35,191 bases of DNA from an uncultured bacterium (lineage in GTDB: Bacteria; Caldisericota; Caldisericia; B22-G15): assembly GCA_965612865.1 (NCBI GenBank), contig CBFDTJ010000008.1, positions 1-35,191 on the forward strand, written 5' to 3'. Below are positions 28,425 to 35,191 of this stretch, piece after piece; position 1 is the stretch's first letter, and every line of letters begins with the position of its first letter. A program made the position numbers and the translations under genes. The notes beneath the pieces were generated by a model. It did no database searches. It was not told the DNA's origin and saw only the letters and a program-made list of their open reading frames with translations.

Positions 28425-29038
28425 GTGGATACTTTATAACCTTTGAAGGTATCGATGGATGTGGTAAATCCACTCAGGCGAAATTGCTGAAGAAAAATCT
28501 GGAAGGACTGGGTTTTGGTGTCTTCTGGACAAAGGAGCCTGGTGGAACGGATATAGGGGAGAAAATAAGAGATATACTGCTAAAGTATGATGGTGATATA
28601 GATTCTCTGACTGAATTTCTTCTCTTTGCATCAGATAGAAATGCTCATATTAAAAGAATTATAGAGGAGATAGGGAAGGGTAAAATTGTTATTTCAGAGA
28701 GATTTAAAGACTCATCAGTTGCATATCAGGGATATGGGGGAGGAGTTTCCATATCATTTATAGAGAAAGTACACAGAGAGATAACTCTTCTTGATCCAGA
28801 TATAACATTCTTATTGGATATTTCTCCAAGAGAGTCCCTGAAGAGAGTTAAAAATATGGATAGAATTGAAAAGAGAGGGACCAATTTTCTCGAGAGAGTA
28901 AGAAATGGATATCTAATACTTTCAAAAATGTATCCAGAAAGAATCTACGTGATTGACGGAAGTAGATCAAAGGAGGAAATTGGAGAAGAAATTTTTTCCA
29001 TAGTCAAAAGGAGAGTTCTTTCCAACAAAAACAAATAG
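28400..29038 (+). CDS. tmk: Thymidylate kinase
   Basis: FITFEGIDGCGKSTQ, KEPGGT, LFASDR, ERFKDSSVAYQG, PDITFLLD. Start codon uncertain. Confidence 0.94.
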   Translation: MRDNISKIGGYFITFEGIDGCGKSTQAKLLKKNLEGLGFGVFWTKEPGGTDIGEKIRDILLKYDGDIDSLTEFLLFASDRNAHIKRIIEEIGKGKIVISERFKDSSVAYQGYGGGVSISFIEKVHREITLLDPDITFLLDISPRESLKRVKNMDRIEKRGTNFLERVRNGYLILSKMYPERIYVIDGSRSKEEIGEEIFSIVKRRVLSNKNK

Positions 29039-31105
29039 ATGAAGAAGTTTATAGTCCTGTTTATGGTGTTCTTATTTTTTGTCTTCAATATAAATCCCAT
29101 AGATTTTCCTCTTGGAAAAGTTAGAGATTCAGATTGGATTAAGTATGCAAGGATTGCCACACCATACGATTTACATTTAAATACTTTCTGGGAAGAGAAC
29201 ATAAGAAGAGCAGTAGAATCGGGAGCAAATGTCATGCTTGATTGGTGTGGCGTATCTGATGGATATAGAGGGCTTCTAAATTATAAAGAGGAAATTAAAG
29301 AATTAGAGAGGAGAGTCTCTTTTATAAAAACAAACTATCCATCCATTAAATATGTTATATACATGGCCCCTCTTGAAGTTCAGACTTACAATGCCGATAT
29401 GAATCTTGATGGCAAACCAGATGCGGGAGTTCACACAGTTTTTACAGACCATCCAGATTGGATTCAGGTGGGTTTTTCCGGTAAAAAGGCTGTATTTTAT
29501 GGAGTGGATAGTTCTCTACCCTTTTGGGTTCAGAAGACAAGTGAAGATGCGTGGATATGCCCAAATAATCAAGAGTACAGAGGTTTGTTGAAGGATATTT
29601 TTATACTACTTGCCCAATCTGGAATAGATGGAATCTGGCTTGATGTTCCATTCTTAAGAAGTGACTTTGGAGAAAATTTCAAAAATGAATGGGCATGTAC
29701 CTGTGAAGTCTGCAAAAGAAAGTTTGAAAGAGAAGAGAAAATAGCTTTTCCAGATAAGGTGGATTGGGATGACAAAAACTTTAAAAGATATATTCAATTT
29801 AGATACAAAGAGACAGAAGAGTTCATAGAATTTGTGAATGATACAATTAAGAGAGTCAATCCTGATATAAAACTGATAGTTGAGACTCCAGCAGCTTTCA
29901 CTCTCTTTTCCACAAAGTGTGCTTCAAATCCTCTAAATTATAAAAGTATATCTGATTTAACTGTCCATGAACTTGGAGGCCCGGTAAGAAAATCTCAAAT
30001 CTTTTCTCAACTTTACTTTCTATCTTATATGGATTTCTTCTCTGCCACAGATAAAGGCCCTACATGGATACTTTCCTATGTTTTTAAAAAGCACAAAGGG
30101 TTTAAGGAGCTTTATAAGTTACACGGAGCAGAGATCGTACTCTTTGAAATGAATCCCTTAACTTCCGGTGACGAAACCATGTCTTCTGTTGTAGATGAAA
30201 ATTTTAGGAAAGTTTTGTTTAGTTGGATGGAGAAATATAAAAAGGATATATTTGGCTTTAATAAAATTTACTCAAAGGTATGCGTTGTTTTTTCAAGGAA
30301 AACTCTTGATTTTATAGATAGAGGAGAATACTTATCAGAATATGCCTATCATGATATGTTTCCAGGGATGCTTATGTTGCTTAATTATCTTGGAATTCCC
30401 CACGTTGTTGTAGGAGAAGATGAAATGGAGGATGTTAATAAATACGATGTAGCAATTTTTCCATCCTTTCTTTGTGTTTCAGAGAAAGAAAGAGAGGTAA
30501 TAGAGAATTATATAAGAAATGGGGGAAAGGCTATTTTTACAGGATACTCATCGTTATTTGATGAGTATGGAAATAAACTCAATGATTTCAGATTAAAAGA
30601 TCTTTTTGGAGTAAGCTTTGTAAGGGTTGGTGACAGAATTTATAGAAACAAATATGGGGATGGAGAGGTAATTTATATTCCCTGGACACCAGAGGGAGAT
30701 TTTATTTACACGGTATCGCCATGGTACCCTGACCTCAAGGTGGATTTGAAAAAAGTTCAAAGGATAGGTGAAGATTTTTTAGAGGATACGAGTATCCGTA
30801 AATTAACAGATTTTATAACTGTGGAATCTAATGGAATTGTTATTCCTACCATATTTAAGAGAGGCTCAGTGTATTCACTAAGACTTTTAAATTTTACTGG
30901 AATATCTCAAGAAAATAGTGTTCCGAGAAGGATTAATGTTAGGATAAAGTTTAAATTGGAGGAAGGGGTGAAGGTAAAGAAGGTAATTTTTCTTCCATAC
31001 CTTGGTGATAAAGAGGAATTTTCTTTTAAAACCCTGGATGGTTTTTTGATAATAGAAGCACCACTCTCATACATGAATATTTTTACCATTTGCACTTTTA
31101 AATAA
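29039..31105 (+). CDS. Secreted glycoside hydrolase-like protein (TIM barrel plus GH42-type trimerisation domain)
   Basis: Signal peptide; HPDWIQ, WICPN, GIDGIWLD, CTCEVC Cys cluster; GATase-like segment YDVAIFP...IENYIRNGGK. Confidence 0.65.
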   Translation: MKKFIVLFMVFLFFVFNINPIDFPLGKVRDSDWIKYARIATPYDLHLNTFWEENIRRAVESGANVMLDWCGVSDGYRGLLNYKEEIKELERRVSFIKTNYPSIKYVIYMAPLEVQTYNADMNLDGKPDAGVHTVFTDHPDWIQVGFSGKKAVFYGVDSSLPFWVQKTSEDAWICPNNQEYRGLLKDIFILLAQSGIDGIWLDVPFLRSDFGENFKNEWACTCEVCKRKFEREEKIAFPDKVDWDDKNFKRYIQFRYKETEEFIEFVNDTIKRVNPDIKLIVETPAAFTLFSTKCASNPLNYKSISDLTVHELGGPVRKSQIFSQLYFLSYMDFFSATDKGPTWILSYVFKKHKGFKELYKLHGAEIVLFEMNPLTSGDETMSSVVDENFRKVLFSWMEKYKKDIFGFNKIYSKVCVVFSRKTLDFIDRGEYLSEYAYHDMFPGMLMLLNYLGIPHVVVGEDEMEDVNKYDVAIFPSFLCVSEKEREVIENYIRNGGKAIFTGYSSLFDEYGNKLNDFRLKDLFGVSFVRVGDRIYRNKYGDGEVIYIPWTPEGDFIYTVSPWYPDLKVDLKKVQRIGEDFLEDTSIRKLTDFITVESNGIVIPTIFKRGSVYSLRLLNFTGISQENSVPRRINVRIKFKLEEGVKVKKVIFLPYLGDKEEFSFKTLDGFLIIEAPLSYMNIFTICTFK

Positions 31106-31159
31106 ACTTTATGAAACAAAATTCTTAAATTTTTGTATTTTTATGTGGAGGTGATCTTT

Positions 31160-32839
31160 ATGAAGCTGAAATATGGAGTAATCTTTTCTCTTATGTTGGT
31201 TCTTATCCTTTCTTCATGTATTCCTCAGGGTAAGGAAAATCTTACAGGCGGGGAGAAGACCCGCTATTACGATGAAATTTTTAGTAAAGTTTCTGTTGAG
31301 AAAGATATTGTCTATGGAGAAAGTGTAGATTACACAGGTAAGAAGATAGAGCTTAAACTTGATGTTTATAAACCAGAGGGGGACACAGAGGATAAGAGAC
31401 CGCTTATTATATGGATTCATGGGGGTGGGTTTGTAACAGGTGATAAGACAAATAGAGGTATTGTTTCCCTTTGTGAGTATTTTGCAAAGAGGGGTTATGT
31501 TACTGCCTCTATTAACTATAGATTGAGAAAAAAACCTATAAGTGAGTTTGATGAAGCTATAAAGGATGCTGTGGAGGATGCAAGAAAAGCTGTAGACTTC
31601 TTTAGAGAAAATAGTGATAGATTCAGGATAGATGTTAACCACATTGCTGTTGGTGGTTCCTCAGCTGGAGCCATAACGTCACTTCACCTTGCCTATACAG
31701 ATACCTGGGATAAGGAAGGGATCTTTGCAGTAATTTCTCTGTGGGGAGAGTTATTGAATTTCAATGAGATAAAACAGACCGATCCTCCCCTTCTTATTGT
31801 TCATGGAACAGAGGATAAGGTTGTTCCTTTTGAAATGGTAGAAAGGCTTAAAAATAAACTTGATGAACTTAGTATTTTCAATGAGTTTCACCCCCTTGAA
31901 GGAGAAGGTCATGCTCCATGGAAATACCTAAAAGATATAGAGACATGGACAAGGGATTTTCTGTACAAACTTTTAAATAGTGAATCTTCCAGCACAAATG
32001 AAAAAACCGATTTAGATATCCCCTACTATTTTATAGCTATCCACAACGAACCTTTCAATATGCCGGGAGGAGAAAAGAGGATAGAGAAATCTTTCTCTGT
32101 TTTAAGAGAAATGGTTAAGAAAGCTGATGAATACAACATAAAACTTACTTTAATGTTCTCTCCTCAGTGGGCAGATTACATTGTTAAGGACCCGGAGAGG
32201 CTTTCTGAGGTGAAGAGATGGGAGGAGGAGGGACACGAGATAGCAGCACATCATCACAGTATCTATCATGGAAACTGGGATGGTTACACCAATTATCCAG
32301 AGGATGTGGCAAAGAAAGAGAGAATAAAAAGAAAAGGTTTTTCCGAGGAGTACTTTGGTACATTAGAGGATCTTATTTCAAAGTTAAAAATGATAAATCC
32401 AGATATTCATTCAGGTTGTATGAATGATGAAGAGGATAAAAACTGTTTACCTGATGAGATTATATATGATACATGCTCGGGTTTTGCAAACTTTGGAGAG
32501 GTTATAAGACTTGGAGATGCCTTTGATCCTAAAAAGGGAATAAATGAATTTGTTCTTGTTGGTAAAGTGAATGGAATTGAGAGGAAGTGGCTTGCACATT
32601 ATCAGATAACCACAAGACAGAGAGAGAAACTTGCAGAGAATATATTTAACTCTCTCGATTCTGGTGTTTATGGAGTTGTAACCCATAGTGTAGAGAGTCA
32701 GGCAGAGTGTTTCTATAAATTTCTTGATTTCCTACACTCCAAAGACGAAACAGGAAAATACAGTAAGACACTTTCCCAGATAATAGATGAAAAGATACTA
32801 CCTGAAAGGGAAATACCAGATGAACTTCTAAACCCCTAA
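31160..32839 (+). CDS. Lipoprotein: alpha/beta-hydrolase esterase fused to a NodB/CE4-like deacetylase domain
   Basis: Lipobox LSSC; HGGGF, GSSAG nucleophile, HGTEDKVVP, GH; Ser-rich linker; then IAIHNEP, KLTLMF, GHEIAAHHH. Start set to the ATG at 31160 after GGAGGTG. Confidence 0.75.
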   Translation: MKLKYGVIFSLMLVLILSSCIPQGKENLTGGEKTRYYDEIFSKVSVEKDIVYGESVDYTGKKIELKLDVYKPEGDTEDKRPLIIWIHGGGFVTGDKTNRGIVSLCEYFAKRGYVTASINYRLRKKPISEFDEAIKDAVEDARKAVDFFRENSDRFRIDVNHIAVGGSSAGAITSLHLAYTDTWDKEGIFAVISLWGELLNFNEIKQTDPPLLIVHGTEDKVVPFEMVERLKNKLDELSIFNEFHPLEGEGHAPWKYLKDIETWTRDFLYKLLNSESSSTNEKTDLDIPYYFIAIHNEPFNMPGGEKRIEKSFSVLREMVKKADEYNIKLTLMFSPQWADYIVKDPERLSEVKRWEEEGHEIAAHHHSIYHGNWDGYTNYPEDVAKKERIKRKGFSEEYFGTLEDLISKLKMINPDIHSGCMNDEEDKNCLPDEIIYDTCSGFANFGEVIRLGDAFDPKKGINEFVLVGKVNGIERKWLAHYQITTRQREKLAENIFNSLDSGVYGVVTHSVESQAECFYKFLDFLHSKDETGKYSKTLSQIIDEKILPEREIPDELLNP

Positions 32840-34218
32840 GGTTTTTTTCTTAGAATTATTATGGGAGTTTGATAATCTTCATTTCCTGCAGGATTGTCGC
32901 TCATAACATCCTCAACCCAGCTTTTATCAACACCAGTGCTCTTTCCCACAACCCATGCTATTCCAAGATCGTTTGCATCAACAATACATGCTTCACATGA
33001 AGTTTTCTTCTTTATCTCTTCACAAAAATTATCAGGATTTTCTGGACCGGGGATAACATAGTAGTCGTATGGAGGCATGGAGGCTGGCATGTCATCAATC
33101 TGTGCCACATTCTTTCCAGCAATGATGTAAAACCATCCCCTTCTTCTTAATAATTTTCCAATAAAACCTATAAAAGAAGCCAGAAGAATTTTAAAAACTC
33201 CAGCTTCTTCCACAGCTACCTGCATCGCATAGGGATTTGAAAGCGGAGCAGTAGTTGCAAAAGGGGTATTCCTGTTTCTTGAAACAAACTTTGAAAGAAT
33301 CTTTGCCAAAGGTTTTACATCTATAGTTTCAACAGAGTAAACTCTCCCCTGAGATATTGCTGAAACGGAAGATGCAACTGTTATTATATCCCCTTTTCTT
33401 CTTTTATCCTTTGTAAGCTCATCTATTAAATCTATTAGATTTGTTCTTTCTGTGATAAGGGGTGTTTTAATTGGTATTCTCTCTGCGTCTTTCCTCTCCT
33501 TTGCTTCATCAGGCTCCCCAAGATTTAGTCCAAGTTCTTTTACCTTTTTCTTTATGATATTTCCGCGTCTTCTCTTTATTCCATCTTTAAAGATTTCTTC
33601 TGCCTCTTTTCTCTTTCCAAGTTTGAAAAGAGTATCTCCGTAGAAGAAGAAATCGTTTTCATAGAAATTTGAGGGTTTGAGCTCATAAAATTTTTTGTAG
33701 AAGCAGGTTGCCTTCTCATAATCACCAAGTTTATAGTAAATCCTTGAGAGCCTTTTAAATAGATATCTTGCAGGAGATTTGATATCTGATGTAAGCGGAA
33801 CATCGTCTCTATCAAGGAGTTTTGTGTAAAAGGAAAGAGCAGTTTCAGGGTCCTTTTTTTCATAATAGTATATATCTCCAAGTATTATATCGTACCAGTA
33901 AACTTCTGGGTTGTTTTCCTTTGCAATCTTTATAGTCTGAATGGCTTTATCTATTTCCCCTTTTCTTATGTAAATTTCCTTTAGAAGCCTAAAGATCCCG
34001 CTACATTTTTTAAACTTTTCTATCCCCTCTTTTAATACTTCCTCTGCTTTGTCTAAATTCCCGTCTCTTATTAGAAGAAACCCATATTTTTCGTATGTTT
34101 TGCAGGTTAGAATTCCCCTTTTCCTTAACCTTTTTAATAAATTAAGTGCTCTCTCTTTCTCACCTTTCCTTAAAAGAGAGTAAACTATACCCTGATAAAA
34201 GTATGCGGTAAACTTCAT
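32836..34218 (-). CDS. TPR-repeat protein fused to a CofE-like (F420-0:gamma-glutamyl ligase family) domain
   Basis: About 230 aa of TPR-like helices, then PIKTPLI, GDIITVASSVSAISQGR, AQIDD, PPYD, IVDAND, DNPAGN..QTPIIILR. Confidence 0.75.
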   Translation of the reverse strand: MKFTAYFYQGIVYSLLRKGEKERALNLLKRLRKRGILTCKTYEKYGFLLIRDGNLDKAEEVLKEGIEKFKKCSGIFRLLKEIYIRKGEIDKAIQTIKIAKENNPEVYWYDIILGDIYYYEKKDPETALSFYTKLLDRDDVPLTSDIKSPARYLFKRLSRIYYKLGDYEKATCFYKKFYELKPSNFYENDFFFYGDTLFKLGKRKEAEEIFKDGIKRRRGNIIKKKVKELGLNLGEPDEAKERKDAERIPIKTPLITERTNLIDLIDELTKDKRRKGDIITVASSVSAISQGRVYSVETIDVKPLAKILSKFVSRNRNTPFATTAPLSNPYAMQVAVEEAGVFKILLASFIGFIGKLLRRRGWFYIIAGKNVAQIDDMPASMPPYDYYVIPGPENPDNFCEEIKKKTSCEACIVDANDLGIAWVVGKSTGVDKSWVEDVMSDNPAGNEDYQTPIIILRKKP

Positions 34219-34222
34219 TCAG

Positions 34223-35116
34223 CTAAACAAGTCCCTCTAAATCTTCTTCAAAGAAGCAAAGACCAGTTGTTCCCGGTCCTGGATGTGCACCAATGGTTGT
34301 TCCCATAATTCTTGTGTATATTGGTCCCATATAGCCAGTTTCTTTTCTGAAAAGATGTATTAGAAACTCCTGATCTTCTTTACAGTCTGCATGAGGCGAG
34401 CCAACAACAAGTTTATTTACATCTTTTATTCTCTCTTTTGCTATCTCTACAATCCTTACAAGTGACTTTTTTCTGCCCCTTACTTTTTCTATAGGACCAA
34501 CTTCTCCATCCTCTATATCCATAATTGGTTTTACTTTCATAAGGTTTGCCATAAGTGCTGCCCCCTTTCCCAATCTTCCACCGAGATAAAAGAAGTAAAG
34601 ATCCTCTAAAGTAAATATTACATTCGTTTTCTCCCTGATTCCTTTCAGTTTTTTCACAATCTCATCAAAACTCAAGACTCCTTTTCTGATCATTTTTGCT
34701 GCTGTTATTTGTTGTATTCCCTCTCCAAAGGTTGCAGATTTTGTGTCTATAATCTCGACTTTCACATCGGGATGCCTTTTCTTTAATTCCTCCTTTGCTA
34801 GGACTGCAGACTGGAAACTTCCACTGAACTTTGAGCTTAAGGTCATAACAAGGATTTTATCTTTCCCTTCCTTTATGACCTCCTCAAACACAGATAGATA
34901 ATCTTCCATATTGGGTTGAGCTGTTCTTGGATGTTTCTTCTTGTGTCTCATGATTTTGTAGAATTCTTCTGGAGTTATAGTTACATTCTCCTTGTACATC
35001 GTATCCTCTTCTCCTTCAAAGTAGAGATAGAAAGGAACCTCTTTTATATTGTATTCTTTCACTATATCTCTTGGTAAATCTCCTGCCGTGTCAACCACGA
35101 GTCCTATTTTCTCCAT
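34223..35116 (-). CDS. DegV family fatty-acid-binding protein
   Basis: VDTAGDLP, PRTAQP, LSSKFSGS, IDTKSA, GGRLG, KVKPI, IGAHPGPG. Probable start MEKIG at 35116; most of the ORF-track N-terminus is adapter. Confidence 0.92.
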   Translation of the reverse strand: MEKIGLVVDTAGDLPRDIVKEYNIKEVPFYLYFEGEEDTMYKENVTITPEEFYKIMRHKKKHPRTAQPNMEDYLSVFEEVIKEGKDKILVMTLSSKFSGSFQSAVLAKEELKKRHPDVKVEIIDTKSATFGEGIQQITAAKMIRKGVLSFDEIVKKLKGIREKTNVIFTLEDLYFFYLGGRLGKGAALMANLMKVKPIMDIEDGEVGPIEKVRGRKKSLVRIVEIAKERIKDVNKLVVGSPHADCKEDQEFLIHLFRKETGYMGPIYTRIMGTTIGAHPGPGTTGLCFFEEDLEGLV

Positions 35117-35123
35117 AATAACC

Positions 35124-35191
35124 CTGTCTCTTATACACATCTCCGAGCCCACGAGACTAGGCATGATATCGTATGCCGTCTTCTGCTTGAA
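35124..35191 (+). other. Illumina Nextera i7 adapter read-through (mosaic end, s7, index TAGGCATG, P7); not genomic
   Basis: CTGTCTCTTATACACATCT-CCGAGCCCACGAGAC-TAGGCATG-AT(A)TCGTATGCCGTCTTCTGCTTG, with one mismatch to P7. Confidence 0.99.

Noticed and set aside
35..35142. 19-bp terminal inverted repeats suggesting a large Tn5-like transposon
   Set aside because: They are Nextera mosaic ends embedded in Illumina P5/P7 and index sequence; there is no transposase.
35117..35164. N-terminal extension of DegV (MPSLVGSEMCIRDRVI)
   Set aside because: Mostly a translation of the adapter; the probable start is 35116.

Overview
A 35.2 kb AT-rich, gene-dense bacterial contig. Illumina Nextera adapters are still attached at both ends (1-53 and 35124-35191), so the genomic insert is about 54-35123. 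Lys/Glu/Ile-rich proteins and strong GGAGG RBSs suggest a thermophilic anaerobe; a Caldisericota-like lineage is a guess, not established. Minus strand, left to right: partial thrS, tRNA-Val(GAC), a threonine operon (thrC-thrA-asd-ORF353) with no thrB, and an nrdJ-hutI-folE-folP-folB-DEDDh exonuclease-rarA operon. These are followed by clpC-holA, rpsT, two tandem PrsA/parvulin foldases plus a surface protein, a macrodomain/ATL/ThpR cluster, an operon (membrane protein, TlpA, nitroreductase, dNK, Ycf45-like ATPase, tmk, secreted glycoside hydrolase-like protein), an esterase-deacetylase fusion lipoprotein, a TPR-CofE-like ligase fusion and DegV. Best leads: (1) ORF 769-1830 reads as a circularly permuted HAD phosphotransferase (motif order III-IV-I-cap-II) sitting where homoserine kinase is missing; (2) nrdJ carries a 345-aa LAGLIDADG intein at the catalytic Cys, ending in non-canonical Met-Asp; (3) a perfect 24-bp palindrome forms a candidate bidirectional promoter; (4) the TPR-CofE fusion may stand in for FolC. 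No CRISPR array, IS element or prophage was seen.
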